A DNA stretch of 64,000 bases, from assembly GCA_964022095.1 (NCBI GenBank), contig CAXHZO010000004.1, forward strand, positions 1 through 64,000. The letters run 5' to 3'. Source of the DNA: an uncultured Arcobacteraceae bacterium (lineage in GTDB: Bacteria; Campylobacterota; Campylobacteria; Campylobacterales; Arcobacteraceae). The translations under genes were made by a program, and so were the position numbers. The notes beneath the pieces are model-generated. The model was not told the origin of the DNA. It did not search any database and saw nothing but the letters and a program-made list of their open reading frames with translations. Positions within the stretch are counted from its first letter, which is position 1; each line of letters begins with the position of its first letter. Below are positions 48,044 through 60,035 of the stretch, in pieces.

Positions 48044-48907
48044 TTGAAAAGAATTAGTGTAGCTCACTCTCCAGATGCAGATGACATTTTTATGTATTAT
48101 GCTATTAAGTTTGGTTGGGTAACTGCTAAAGATGCAGTATTTGAAAATATCGCTGATGATATTGAAACTTTAAACCAAGCAACTTTAAGAGGCGAATATG
48201 ATATTTGTGCAATTTCTTTTGCTTTATATCCGCTGATTAAAGATGATTTTGCACTTTTAAAAACTGCTGTTTCTTTTGGTGAAGGTTATGGTCCTAAGCT
48301 TATTAAGAAAAAAGGTACTAAGTTAAAAAGAAATTTTAAAGTTGCACTTAGTGGAGAGTTTACTACTAATGCATTATTATTTAAAATAGCTTATCCTGAT
48401 GCAAGAATCACATATATGAATTTCTTAGAAATTGAAGCAGCTGTACTTGATGGAACAGTTGATGCTGGTGTTTTAATTCATGAATCAATTCTAAATTATG
48501 ATGAAGCATTAGAAGTTGAGAAAGAGATGTGGGATGTTTGGGTTGATCTTAGTGGTGGAGATTTACCCTTACCACTTGGTGGAATGTGTATTAGAAGATC
48601 AATTCCCCTTCATAGTGCAATAGATTATGAAAACACTTTAATAAAAGCAGTTGATGTAGCAAATAAAAATAGAAATGTATTAGCTCCGATGCTTCTTGAA
48701 AAAGGTTTAATAAGAGTTGATGCAAGTACCCTTGATACATATTTAGATCTTTATGCAAATGATAATTCAGTACAATTAAGTGAAATACAATATCAAGCTT
48801 TAGATAAATTATATGAGTTAGGTTATAAACACGGTTTTTATGAAAATTTAATAAAAGCAAAAGATTTTTTAATTCCTAGTGAATACGAAGAATTAAGGGC
48901 TCAGTAG
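48044..48907 (+). CDS. mqnD: 1,4-dihydroxy-6-naphthoate synthase (futalosine pathway)
   Basis: AHSPDADDIFM, DIETLN, GEGYGP, GVLIHE and LPLPLGG. Confidence 0.9.
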   Translation: MKRISVAHSPDADDIFMYYAIKFGWVTAKDAVFENIADDIETLNQATLRGEYDICAISFALYPLIKDDFALLKTAVSFGEGYGPKLIKKKGTKLKRNFKVALSGEFTTNALLFKIAYPDARITYMNFLEIEAAVLDGTVDAGVLIHESILNYDEALEVEKEMWDVWVDLSGGDLPLPLGGMCIRRSIPLHSAIDYENTLIKAVDVANKNRNVLAPMLLEKGLIRVDASTLDTYLDLYANDNSVQLSEIQYQALDKLYELGYKHGFYENLIKAKDFLIPSEYEELRAQ

Positions 48908-49693
48908 TTGAAAAACACAACTAAAACAATAGATTTTAAAAGATACTCATCAATAAAAATTGGTCCAGTATTAGATGTATTAGTTATAAATGAGATTGGA
49001 GATTATAGTGATTACCAAATAATTGGAAAAGCTAATAATTTGCTAGTTTCACCTAATACTAAAAAAAAATTTGCTGTTTTAGGTGAAGAGTTTGATTATA
49101 TAAAAAAAGAGGGCGATTTACTTTATGTAGGTTGTGCAACAACTTCTGGTAAACTACTAGCGTATTGCAAAAAAAATGATATATCAGATTTAGAATTTTT
49201 AGCTAAGTTACCTGGAAATTTAGGTGGTTTAGTTAAAATGAACGCAGGTTTAAAATCTTGGGAAGTATTTAACTATATTAATAGTATAAAAACTAAAGAT
49301 GGATATATCAAAAAAGAAGATATAAAGTACTCTTATAGAAATACAAAAATTGATACAATAGTTTATGAAGTTGTGTTTAATTTAAATTATGGATTTAGTA
49401 AAGAAGACTTAGCAAAATTTGATGAGATGAGAAATAACCAACCTAGAGTTCCTAGTGCTGGTAGTTGTTTTAAAAATCCAAAAGATGATTTTGCAGGAAG
49501 GTTAATTCAAGAAATTGGATTAAAAGGTCTAAAAAAAGGTAATATGAGTTTTTCAGAACAACACGCTAATTTTTTAGTAAATTATGGCGATGGAACATTT
49601 GAAGATGCGATTTATTTAATAGATTTAGCCAAAAAAAAGATAAAAGAGCAGTTTGATATAGATATTAAAGAAGAAATTATAATTTATAAGTAA
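48908..49693 (+). CDS. murB: UDP-N-acetylmuramate dehydrogenase
   Basis: LPGNLGGLVKMNAG, SAGSCFKNP and HANFLVN. Confidence 0.95.
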   Translation: MKNTTKTIDFKRYSSIKIGPVLDVLVINEIGDYSDYQIIGKANNLLVSPNTKKKFAVLGEEFDYIKKEGDLLYVGCATTSGKLLAYCKKNDISDLEFLAKLPGNLGGLVKMNAGLKSWEVFNYINSIKTKDGYIKKEDIKYSYRNTKIDTIVYEVVFNLNYGFSKEDLAKFDEMRNNQPRVPSAGSCFKNPKDDFAGRLIQEIGLKGLKKGNMSFSEQHANFLVNYGDGTFEDAIYLIDLAKKKIKEQFDIDIKEEIIIYK

Positions 49694-49748
49694 TATTAAT
49701 TAATTTATGTTAGAATGCAAAAAATTTAAAATAGTGTAAGGTTTTTTA

Positions 49749-52112
49749 GTGAAAAATTTAGTGATAGTGGAGTCCCCAGCAAAAGCAAAAACAATATCAA
49801 AGTTTCTAGGAAGTGATTTCAAAGTAATGGCATCTATGGGCCATGTAAGAGATTTACCTAAATCAAAATTAGGATTTGATCCAGAGAATAATTTTGAACC
49901 AAAATATCTTGTCTCAACGGATAAGAAAAAAGTTATTGCAGACTTAAAAAAACAAATTACTAAAGATACTACTATTTACCTAGCGGCCGATGAGGACCGA
50001 GAGGGAGAAGCTATTGCGTGGCACTTAATTCCTGCACTAAAAATAGAGAAAAACCCTATAAAAAGAATTGTATTTCATGAGATTACGAAAGATGCTATTT
50101 TAAAAGCTCTAGAGAGTCCTAGGGATGTTGACCAACACTTAGTTGATGCACAACAAGCAAGAAGAATATTAGATAGAGCAGTTGGATATGAACTGTCACC
50201 ATTATTATGGAAAAAAGTAAGATATGGTTTAAGTGCTGGTAGAGTTCAATCAGTAGCTGTTAGAATTATTGTTGATAGAGAAAATGAAATTAGAGCTTTT
50301 GTTCCTGAAGAGTTTTGGAAAATAAAAGCAGATTTTATAGATCCTGAATTAAAATCAGAATTAGCAAAAATCAATGGCAAAAATCAAAAAGTACCAAATG
50401 AACAAGAAGCAAGAGCTATTGAAGCTTCTTTAAATCAAGGTCAGTATGAATTAGTTGATATTGAAGAAAAAGAGAGTAAAAGAAACCCTGCTGCTCCATT
50501 TACTACTTCAACACTACAACAAGAAGCATCTAGAAAACTTGGCTTTTCTGTTAAGCAAACAATGATTATTGCTCAGCAATTATATGAAGGAAATGTTGGA
50601 AATATCCCAGGACATACTGGTGGTTTAATTACTTATATGAGAACTGACTCATTAAATCTTTCAACAGTTGCTACAAGTGCTGCTAAGAAGGTAATTGAGA
50701 CTGAATATGGTAAAGATTACTCTTTAGCAAAACCAAGAGCATATAAATCTAAAGCAAAAGGAGCACAAGAAGCTCACGAAGCGATTAGACCTGTTAATTT
50801 AGCACTAAAACCAAGTGATATTAAAGCATATGTAGATTCATCACAATTCAAGTTATATAGTTTAATTTGGAAAAGAACATTAGCAACACAAATGGCAGTT
50901 GCAAAAATTGCAAACACTACTTATAAAATTCAAGCTGGTAAAGATGGTGAATTTGAGTTCCAAACAAAGGGACAAAGAATTATATTCCCTGGATTTATGA
51001 AAGCATATACAGAAGGTAGTGATAATCCAGAAGCGGCATTAGATAGTAGTGAAAAAATCTTACCAAATATTAAAGTAGGAACTATTTTAAATTTAGAAAA
51101 ATTAGAGTGTGAACAAAACTTTACTAAACCACCTGCAAGATATACAGAAGCCTCACTTGTTAAGAAATTAGAAAGTGAAGGTATAGGTAGACCTTCTACT
51201 TATGCACCAACAATTTCAACTATTCAGCAAAGAGAGTATGTTTCAAAAACTGAGGATAAAAAATTAATACCAACACCAACTGGTGAAATTGTTAATAGTT
51301 TCTTAGTTGATCACTTCTCTCATATTGTTGATTTAGGTTTCACTGCAAAGATTGAAGAAGAGTTTGATGAAATTGCAGAAGGTAAAATTGCTTGGGAACA
51401 AGTAATGCAAGACTTTTACGGTGATTTTAAAAAGACTATTTCTGAAAAAGAAGAGAGTGTTAATAAAGAAGATTACCTACAAGTAAGAGAACTTGGAACT
51501 GATCCAAAATCAGGGAAGCCAGTAAGTGCTAGAGTTGGAAGATTTGGTCCATTTATTCAAATTGGAACAAAAGATGATGAAGAAAAACCAAAGTTTGTAG
51601 CAATTCCAGAAGATAAAAATATGGATACAATCAGTTTAGATGAGGCATTATTCTTATTTACATTACCAAGAGTTGTTGGACAAGATAGTGAAGGTAATGA
51701 TATAAAAGCAAATATTGGAAGATTTGGTCCATATTTACAAATTAAAACAAAATACTACTCACTAAAAACAGATGACCCATATAAAATAGAGTTACCAAGA
51801 GCCTTAGAAGTAATTAAAGAGCTTGATGAAGCAAAAGCAAAAGCAACTATTAAAGAGTTTGAAAAAGAGAAAATTCAAGTTCTAATTGGTAGATATGGTC
51901 CATATATTAAACAAGGTAGAAAAAACTTTAAAATACCAAAAGGTTTAGAAGCTGAAGATTTAACTTTAGAGGAATGTGAAGAGATTATTGCTAAAGATCC
52001 AAAATCTAAAACTACAGCAAAAAAAGCTCCTGCAAAAAAAGCACCAGCAAAGAAAACGACTACAAAAAAAACTACAGCAAAGAAAGCACCAGCTAAAAAA
52101 ACTGACAAATAA
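49749..52112 (+). CDS. topA: DNA topoisomerase I
   Basis: IVESPAKA, DEDREGE, SAGRVQ and LITYMRTD; GRFGPF/GRYGPY C-terminal repeats and a Lys-rich tail. Confidence 0.98.
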   Translation: MKNLVIVESPAKAKTISKFLGSDFKVMASMGHVRDLPKSKLGFDPENNFEPKYLVSTDKKKVIADLKKQITKDTTIYLAADEDREGEAIAWHLIPALKIEKNPIKRIVFHEITKDAILKALESPRDVDQHLVDAQQARRILDRAVGYELSPLLWKKVRYGLSAGRVQSVAVRIIVDRENEIRAFVPEEFWKIKADFIDPELKSELAKINGKNQKVPNEQEARAIEASLNQGQYELVDIEEKESKRNPAAPFTTSTLQQEASRKLGFSVKQTMIIAQQLYEGNVGNIPGHTGGLITYMRTDSLNLSTVATSAAKKVIETEYGKDYSLAKPRAYKSKAKGAQEAHEAIRPVNLALKPSDIKAYVDSSQFKLYSLIWKRTLATQMAVAKIANTTYKIQAGKDGEFEFQTKGQRIIFPGFMKAYTEGSDNPEAALDSSEKILPNIKVGTILNLEKLECEQNFTKPPARYTEASLVKKLESEGIGRPSTYAPTISTIQQREYVSKTEDKKLIPTPTGEIVNSFLVDHFSHIVDLGFTAKIEEEFDEIAEGKIAWEQVMQDFYGDFKKTISEKEESVNKEDYLQVRELGTDPKSGKPVSARVGRFGPFIQIGTKDDEEKPKFVAIPEDKNMDTISLDEALFLFTLPRVVGQDSEGNDIKANIGRFGPYLQIKTKYYSLKTDDPYKIELPRALEVIKELDEAKAKATIKEFEKEKIQVLIGRYGPYIKQGRKNFKIPKGLEAEDLTLEECEEIIAKDPKSKTTAKKAPAKKAPAKKTTTKKTTAKKAPAKKTDK

Positions 52113-52115
52113 ACA

Positions 52116-52631
52116 ATGAAAATAGGAATCTTATCGGATAGTCATACTAAAATTGACTATACCGAGGATGTTATCAATCATCTAAAAGAAAATGGGGCTG
52201 AATATTTAATTCATGCTGGGGATTTATGTATTGAAGAAAATCTTGAACTTTTAGAAAAATCAGGTTTAAAATATGTTAGTGTGTTTGGAAATAATGATTA
52301 TAGATTACTTGAACTTTCATCGAAGTATTTTATAAAAACAGAACCATATTACTTTAAAATAAAAGATATAAAGTTCAAACTTATGCATTTGCCTTATCAT
52401 TTAACACCTGATAGCGATGTTGTAATTTTCGGGCATACACATGAGTTCTCTCAAGAATATATAAATAATACCCTTTTCCTAAATCCAGGTGAAGTTTGCG
52501 CAAGAGAGAAGCCACTCATTGAATGTGTAATACTAGAAATTAAAGAAAATGAGTATATAATCTCATTCTATTTTAAAAATACAAAAGAAAATTTTTTCAG
52601 GAAAGAAGAGTATAAATATGAACGAAAATAA
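52116..52631 (+). CDS. YfcE-family metallophosphoesterase
   Basis: SDSH, HAGD, GNND, FGHTH and NPG. Confidence 0.9.
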   Translation: MKIGILSDSHTKIDYTEDVINHLKENGAEYLIHAGDLCIEENLELLEKSGLKYVSVFGNNDYRLLELSSKYFIKTEPYYFKIKDIKFKLMHLPYHLTPDSDVVIFGHTHEFSQEYINNTLFLNPGEVCAREKPLIECVILEIKENEYIISFYFKNTKENFFRKEEYKYERK

Positions 52632-53469
52632 TGAGATTTTTTTATGTGCAATTTGTAATATTGAAAGTGGAACATGTAATGAAGATTGTAAGTTCTGTAC
52701 ACAAAGTGTAAAATATAAAGCAGAAATTCAAAGATATAAACAAAAAGAGATTGATCAAATTGTTGAAGAAGCAAAAAGAGCAAGAGCAAATAATGCTAAT
52801 GGTTTTTGTTTAGTAACAGCTGGAAAAGGATTGACTCCAAAAAGATTAGAGTATGTTTGTGAAGCTGCAAAGGCTATTAAAAAAGAGAAATTAGGTTTAA
52901 TCTTAATTGCTTGTAATGGAATAGCAACAGTTGAACAACTTCAAACACTTAAAGATGCAGGAGTTGATGCCTATAATCACAACTTAGAAACTGCAAGAGA
53001 CTTCTATGAAACAATTTGTACAACGCATCCATGGGATGATAGATATCAAACTTGTTTAAATGTAAAAGAAGTTGGATTAAGATTAGTAACTGGTGGGATT
53101 TTTGGAATGGGTGAAACTCAAGAGCAAAGAATTTCTATGTTAGAATCTTTAGCTTCATTAGATCCAATGAATGTACCATTAAACTTCTTCCACCCAAATG
53201 ACGCATTACCAATAGTTGAAAATACAATTACAAGAGAAGAAGCCTTCGAATTAATTACACTTGCTAGAAAAATGATTCCAAATGCAATGAAAATTATGGT
53301 TGCTGGTGGAAGAGAAGTTATGTTTGGAGATGAACAATATAAAATCTTTGAAAAAGGTGCTAATGCATTTGTAATTGGAGATTATTTAACAACTTCAGGT
53401 AAAACTCCTGCTGATGATATTGAAGAGCTTGAAAAACACGGATATAAGATTAAAAGAGAAAGAGACTAG
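52618..53469 (+). CDS. bioB: Biotin synthase
   Basis: CNEDCKFCTQS, YNHNLET and VPLNF. Confidence 0.93.
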   Translation: MNENNEIFLCAICNIESGTCNEDCKFCTQSVKYKAEIQRYKQKEIDQIVEEAKRARANNANGFCLVTAGKGLTPKRLEYVCEAAKAIKKEKLGLILIACNGIATVEQLQTLKDAGVDAYNHNLETARDFYETICTTHPWDDRYQTCLNVKEVGLRLVTGGIFGMGETQEQRISMLESLASLDPMNVPLNFFHPNDALPIVENTITREEAFELITLARKMIPNAMKIMVAGGREVMFGDEQYKIFEKGANAFVIGDYLTTSGKTPADDIEELEKHGYKIKRERD

Positions 53470-53481
53470 GTAGGTATATCA

Positions 53482-54642
53482 ATGAGTGAAGAAATTTTAA
53501 TAATCATATCCCTATCATTAATAATATTTACTTCACCATTAATTTCAAAATTAACTAGATTACCTACAATCCCTGTTGAAATTATGATGGGTGCTATTGC
53601 TGCATATTTTGCTCTCATAAGTGATCATGCAATACTACATTTAGTTGCAGAGCTTGGTTTTTTATACTTGATGTTTCTAGCAGGGCTTGAAATTGATCTA
53701 AAAAAACTTTTATCTATATCTCCTACGATGTTGAAAAAGTCTCTTTTATATAATGTTATTCTCTTTGCGACCTCTATTTTTATAACACTTTATTTTGATT
53801 TAGGGAAAATATTTATTGTTATCTTACCTTTAATTTCTATTGGTGTACTAGCTGCTCTTAAAAAAGAGTATGGTGAGACAGAATGGATAAAAATGGCATT
53901 TATTGTTGGTCTAATAGGGGAGATTGTTTCTATTTTTGCCCTTACAACAGTGTCTGCAGTTTTAGAATATGGTGTTAGTTATGACTTTTATAAAACAATG
54001 GCATTATTTGTTTTATTCTTAATTGTTATGTTATTTGTTTATAAAATATTTCATAATCTTATTTGGTGGTTTCCTGAGATTAAAAGTTATTTAATGCCTC
54101 AAGAGGATCATCAAGAACAAGATATTAGAATATCAATGGCAATATTTTTCTTAATGATTACTGTTATGATGTATTTACATTTAGAAGTTGCTTTTGGTGC
54201 TTTTATTGCTGGAACTTTTATTACAACATTCTTTGAAGAACACAATAAGCAACTTCCTCACAAGTTAGAACACTTTGGTTTTGGTTGGTTAGTTCCTATA
54301 TTTTTCATCTCTGTTGGATCATCCCTTGAAATTGATGCATTATTAAATAGTGACTTAGTTTTAAAAGCGTTTTTAATCACATTAGCTATGATCATAATTA
54401 GGTTAATTGCATCATTGTTATTCGTTAAAGAAATGGGTTGGAATAGATTTTATATGTTGGGACTTTCACATGCTATGCCATTAACTTTATTGATTGCAGT
54501 TACAACAATAGCTTATAATAATCATTCAATTACTCAAGAGTATTATTACGCATTTATTTTGGCATCTATTTTAGAAGTACTAGTAGTGATGATACTAATT
54601 AGAGTTATAAATAACCTAATTAGTTTTAGAAATAGTAATTAA
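53482..54642 (+). CDS. Cation:proton antiporter (CPA2 family)
   Basis: About 12 TMs; LMFLAGLEID, FGAFIAG and VPIFFISVG. Confidence 0.9.
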   Translation: MSEEILIIISLSLIIFTSPLISKLTRLPTIPVEIMMGAIAAYFALISDHAILHLVAELGFLYLMFLAGLEIDLKKLLSISPTMLKKSLLYNVILFATSIFITLYFDLGKIFIVILPLISIGVLAALKKEYGETEWIKMAFIVGLIGEIVSIFALTTVSAVLEYGVSYDFYKTMALFVLFLIVMLFVYKIFHNLIWWFPEIKSYLMPQEDHQEQDIRISMAIFFLMITVMMYLHLEVAFGAFIAGTFITTFFEEHNKQLPHKLEHFGFGWLVPIFFISVGSSLEIDALLNSDLVLKAFLITLAMIIIRLIASLLFVKEMGWNRFYMLGLSHAMPLTLLIAVTTIAYNNHSITQEYYYAFILASILEVLVVMILIRVINNLISFRNSN

Positions 54643-55350
54643 TTTATCTTTGTATGTTACTTCAAAGTTTGAAGGTTTAGAGTTAAGTTCAATTACTACT
54701 CTGTAGTATTGCTCTTTTTTATGATTTCCAATTGCAATTTTTTTAAAATTTTTAGACTCTAAAGAATCTCTTTTTGTGTAGAAGTTCTTTTTAGCTTTAT
54801 AGTCAACGATAATTTTATTTTCTTTATCTAATGTGAATTTTTTAGAAATTTCACTATCGGTTTTTATAATTAGTTTATCATCATTATATTCTATAGTAAC
54901 AAAAGGTAAAAGCTCTTTTGTTACTAGCTCATCTTCAATGATATCTGGTCTTGGTTTTACATAAACAACTTGTGTTGGTTTTTCAACTTGTGTTGTTTGT
55001 AACTCTTTTTTTATGATTTGTTTAGCTTTATATTCTGTTTGCTTTTTAGTTTTATGAATAAGCTTATCAACTTCTTTTTTTGTATAAATTTTTTCTTTTG
55101 ATTTTTTTTCTTTTATTTTTGGAACAATTTTCTTTATGGCATCTTCAATTTTAGGTTGGTTTTGCATCTTTTCTTGCATCTCTTTAATATATGCAGCTTC
55201 AGTCATTGCTTCTTCAATAGAGGCCTCATTTGTTTCAATAATTCTTGCGGCTTCTTCTTCATAAGCGTTTGTCATCTCAAAAGGATTTTCTCTTGCATGT
55301 AGACTAAGTGCAGTTATAACAGATAAAGTTAAAAAAGATAGTTTTTTCAT
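54616..55350 (-). CDS. AMIN-domain exported protein
   Basis: Signal peptide ending in ARENPF; KIIVDY..IAIGNH..YYRVVIEL; follows eno-ftsB. Confidence 0.75.
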   Translation of the reverse strand: MKKLSFLTLSVITALSLHARENPFEMTNAYEEEAARIIETNEASIEEAMTEAAYIKEMQEKMQNQPKIEDAIKKIVPKIKEKKSKEKIYTKKEVDKLIHKTKKQTEYKAKQIIKKELQTTQVEKPTQVVYVKPRPDIIEDELVTKELLPFVTIEYNDDKLIIKTDSEISKKFTLDKENKIIVDYKAKKNFYTKRDSLESKNFKKIAIGNHKKEQYYRVVIELNSKPSNFEVTYKDKLITISKTN

Positions 55351-55589
55351 TCTTCAGGCTCCAAGTTTTTTAATTCGAAATACTCTTTTTGCAAATATGC
55401 ATTATGCTTTTGCAGTCGTGAAATCTCATTTTCTAGATACTCTTTTTTATATTTCAATGAATTATAAACTTCTAAAGAGTTATCTCCAAAAAGAATATTT
55501 GCTACATGATAACTAAGAAACAGTGTAATAGCAACTGAACCCAGTGCTATTACAAAGAACTTCTTATAAAAATGTAGTTTTTTTTTCAT
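55347..55589 (-). CDS. Septum formation initiator (FtsB/DivIC-like)
   Basis: One TM, LFGDNSL, then a coiled coil; directly downstream of eno. Confidence 0.75.
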   Translation of the reverse strand: MKKKLHFYKKFFVIALGSVAITLFLSYHVANILFGDNSLEVYNSLKYKKEYLENEISRLQKHNAYLQKEYFELKNLEPEE

Positions 55590-55592
55590 AAA

Positions 55593-56879
<1,287 letters not shown>

Positions 56880-56980
56880 CTATTATCATAATTTATAATA
56901 TTATAGCTAATTTTAAATTGTTGTTTGCTTTTATGGGGATTGTTATTAAGTTTTTTTAGAGTTGTATTTTTAGATAGGAT

Positions 56981-57009
56981 ATAAGTAAAGAGGAAATCTC
57001 TTTACTTAT
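56981..57009 (-). terminator. Hairpin at the recA stop
   Basis: ATAAGTAAAGAG-GAAAT-CTCTTTACTTAT (12-bp stem). Confidence 0.65.
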
Positions 57010-58043
57010 TCTTCGTCTTCATCTTCTGTAGTTTCTGTCGCTGTTTCAGTATCATTTACACCCATTGCTGCAAGAATTTTTTCTTCAACTTCTTTAGCAA
57101 TTTCTGGGTTGTCTTTTAAGAATACTTTTGCATTTTCTTTACCTTGACCAATTTTTTGATCTCCATAACTAAACCACGCACCAGCTTTATCTACAATATC
57201 AAGTTTTACACCATAATCAACTAGCTCACCCATTTTCGAAATACCTTCTCCAAACATAATATCAAATTCTGCTTGTTTAAATGGCGCTGCTACTTTATTT
57301 TTAACAACTTTTACTTTTACTCTATTACCAATTGAGTTCTCACCTTGTTTTAGTGTTGCAATTCTTCTAATATCAAGTCTAACTGATGAGTAGAATTTTA
57401 GTGCATTCCCTCCAGTTGTTGTTTCAGGACTTCCATATCCTGTCATACCAATTTTCATTCTAATTTGGTTAATAAAGATTACTGTACAGTTCATTTTATT
57501 TAATAAACCAGTAATTTTTCTAAGAGCTTTTGACATTAATCTTGCTTGAACACCAACTTGTTGGTCATCCATATCTCCATCAATTTCTACTTTTGGAGTA
57601 AGTGCTGCAACTGAGTCAACTACTACTAAATCAACAGCTCCTGATCTAATAACAGTCTCTAAAATTTCTAAAGCTTGCTCACCAAAATCTGGTTGGGAAA
57701 CTAATAAGTTATCAATATCTACACCAATATCTCTTGCATATTTTGTATCTAAAGCATGCTCAGCATCGATAAATGCACAAACACCACCAGCTTTTTGACA
57801 CTCAGCAATTGCATGTAAAGTTAATGTAGTTTTACCTGATGATTCTGGACCATAAATTTCAATTACTCTTCCCTTTGGAAGTCCTCCAACACCAAGACCT
57901 AAATCAAGACCTAATGAACCTGTACTAATTGAATCAACTGGGATAACTTCTTTGTCTCCAAGTCTAATTAATGTACCTTTACCAAATGTTTTGTCTATTT
58001 GTTTTATTGCTAAGTCTAGTGATTTTTTTTGATTATCATCCAT
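57006..58043 (-). CDS. recA: Recombinase A
   Basis: [18 protein letters not shown] and GGNALKFY; no intein. Confidence 0.99.
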   Translation of the reverse strand: MDDNQKKSLDLAIKQIDKTFGKGTLIRLGDKEVIPVDSISTGSLGLDLGLGVGGLPKGRVIEIYGPESSGKTTLTLHAIAECQKAGGVCAFIDAEHALDTKYARDIGVDIDNLLVSQPDFGEQALEILETVIRSGAVDLVVVDSVAALTPKVEIDGDMDDQQVGVQARLMSKALRKITGLLNKMNCTVIFINQIRMKIGMTGYGSPETTTGGNALKFYSSVRLDIRRIATLKQGENSIGNRVKVKVVKNKVAAPFKQAEFDIMFGEGISKMGELVDYGVKLDIVDKAGAWFSYGDQKIGQGKENAKVFLKDNPEIAKEVEEKILAAMGVNDTETATETTEDEDEE

Positions 58044-58139
58044 TTTTGTTTTCCTATTTGAAATTGTTTATTTAAATTATGATGGGATTTTATCAGATTT
58101 TATTTGAAGTTCTTATTTTTATTGCAAATTGTAATATTT

Positions 58140-58346
58140 TTATTTTTCTGTTTTTTCATTTTGTGATAGTTTTTGTATATTTTCAATTGTTTTAATATGT
58201 GAAATAACTCTTCTTTTCATGGTATGCTGTTTTACATGCTTCGCAAGAATTTTTGTATATTTATTATAATTTCTACTTCCTTTTTCAAAAGTAGCTAATT
58301 TTTTTTGAATTTTTATTATATCTGATGGTATTGCATTGTTTTCCAT
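58140..58346 (-). CDS. Small basic hypothetical protein
   Basis: 68 aa, AGG RBS, non-overlapping. Confidence 0.55.
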   Translation of the reverse strand: MENNAIPSDIIKIQKKLATFEKGSRNYNKYTKILAKHVKQHTMKRRVISHIKTIENIQKLSQNEKTEK

Positions 58347-58413
58347 AGTAAAACCTAATTAATATTTAGGTAGATTATTACATAGAAAACTTAAATATAA
58401 TATTAGGAATAAC

Positions 58414-59151
58414 TTGAATAATTTTATTGTTTCTGAAAATACGTCTATTATTGATGCTTTAAAGAAAATAGATAATAACAAAAAAAATTTTTTAATTGTT
58501 TTGTCATCTAAAGAAATTTTACTTGGGGTATTAACTGAAGGTGAATTAAGAAGAATGCTTATAAATGGTAGCTCTTTACGTGACAAAATAATTTATAATG
58601 AAAATTATGTGTTTATTAATGAAAATGAGCCATTTACTAATTTATTCAAATATTTCAAATCTGAAAAAATAAATTTTATACCAATTATAAATAATGAAAA
58701 AAAATTGATAAATATTGTATCAAAAAAACAATTTTATGTATTATTATTAAATGATATAGAATATAATTTAAAAAAACTACCCAATGTAGATGAAAATGGT
58801 TTAGATTATGAAGTTTTTCCTAGACCTTGGGGTTTTTATAAAAGCACATTACTGGCAAATCATGTTCAATCTAAAATAATTACAGTTTTCCCAAGGGAAG
58901 AATTGAGTTTACAAAAACATAAGAGAAGAGAAGAACATTGGATAATTATCAAAGGTGAAGGAAAAATAATACTTGAAGAATCTATTTTAGATGTCTATCA
59001 AGGTAAATATATTTACATACCTAAAGGTTGTAAACATAAGATAATTAATACCTCTGCTTGTGATAATTTAGTTTTTGCTGAAGTACAATTAGGTGATTAC
59101 TTTGGAGAAGACGATATAATAAGATATGAAGATAAATATGGGAGAGTTTAA
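58414..59151 (+). CDS. CBS-pair plus cupin (type II mannose-6-phosphate isomerase-like) fusion
   Basis: N-terminal CBS (LLGVLTEGELRR, FIPII); C-terminal RPWGFY, LSLQKHKRREEHW, IPKGCKH and EVQLGDYFGEDDIIRYEDKYGR. Confidence 0.85.
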   Translation: MNNFIVSENTSIIDALKKIDNNKKNFLIVLSSKEILLGVLTEGELRRMLINGSSLRDKIIYNENYVFINENEPFTNLFKYFKSEKINFIPIINNEKKLINIVSKKQFYVLLLNDIEYNLKKLPNVDENGLDYEVFPRPWGFYKSTLLANHVQSKIITVFPREELSLQKHKRREEHWIIIKGEGKIILEESILDVYQGKYIYIPKGCKHKIINTSACDNLVFAEVQLGDYFGEDDIIRYEDKYGRV

Positions 59152-60032
59152 TGGCATTTAATTTTGATTACAAAAAGCCAAAAGTAATAGCAGAAATCGG
59201 TTGTAATCACATGGGTGATTTTAATATTGCAAAAGAATTAATATCTCTAGCAAAACATAGCGGCGCGAAATACGTAAAGTTTCAAAAAAGAAATAATAAA
59301 GAACTATTGACTAAAGAACAGTATGAAGCTCCTCATCCTGTACCTGAGAACTCTTATGGAAATACATACGGAGAACATAGAGAGTTTTTAGAATTTAGTA
59401 AAGAACAACATAAACAATTAAAAGAATATTGTGATTCGATTGATGTTATTTATTCTACTTCAGTTTGGGATGTAACAAGTGCTAAAGAGATGATTGATTT
59501 TGAACCAGAGTTTCTTAAAGTACCTTCTGCTTGTAACAATAATTTTGAAATGTTAAGAATTTTAAGGGATGATTTTAAAGGACAAGTTCAATTATCAATT
59601 GGTATGACAAGTCGTGAAGAGGTTGAAGAAATAGTTAAGTTTTTTGAAGAGACTAATCAAGCGAAATCTAGGCTCCTTATTTATTCTTGTACGTCAGGGT
59701 ATCCTGTACCTTTTGAAGATGTTTCTTTATTGGAAATAAATTGGCTATATGAAAATTATGAAAATAGAATATATGAGATAGGTTTTTCAGGGCATCATTT
59801 AGGAATAGCTGTTGATGTCGCTGCTTACACATTAGGAGCTAGATGGATTGAAAGGCATTTTACAAAAGATATTAAATGGAAAGGAACTGACCATAGTGCT
59901 TCCTTAATGCCTGATGGTTTAAGAAGATTAAATAGGGATTTAAATGCTACATATAAAGCTTTGAATTTCAAATCTAACGATATTCTGCCAATTGAACAAG
60001 TTCAAAGAGATAAACTAAAGAATAGAAAGTAA
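59151..60032 (+). CDS. NeuB-family nonulosonate synthase lacking the C-terminal AFP/SAF domain (candidate KDN-9-P synthase)
   Basis: IAEIGCNHMG, VKFQKR, CTSGYP, GFSGH, IERHFT and GTDHSAS; ends at 293 aa. Confidence 0.85.
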   Translation: MAFNFDYKKPKVIAEIGCNHMGDFNIAKELISLAKHSGAKYVKFQKRNNKELLTKEQYEAPHPVPENSYGNTYGEHREFLEFSKEQHKQLKEYCDSIDVIYSTSVWDVTSAKEMIDFEPEFLKVPSACNNNFEMLRILRDDFKGQVQLSIGMTSREEVEEIVKFFEETNQAKSRLLIYSCTSGYPVPFEDVSLLEINWLYENYENRIYEIGFSGHHLGIAVDVAAYTLGARWIERHFTKDIKWKGTDHSASLMPDGLRRLNRDLNATYKALNFKSNDILPIEQVQRDKLKNRK

Positions 60033-60035
60033 ACT

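Noticed and set aside
52005-52105. Short tandem DNA repeats considered as a CRISPR or VNTR
   Set aside because: They are degenerate codons for the TopA AKK tail, with no spacers and no cas genes.
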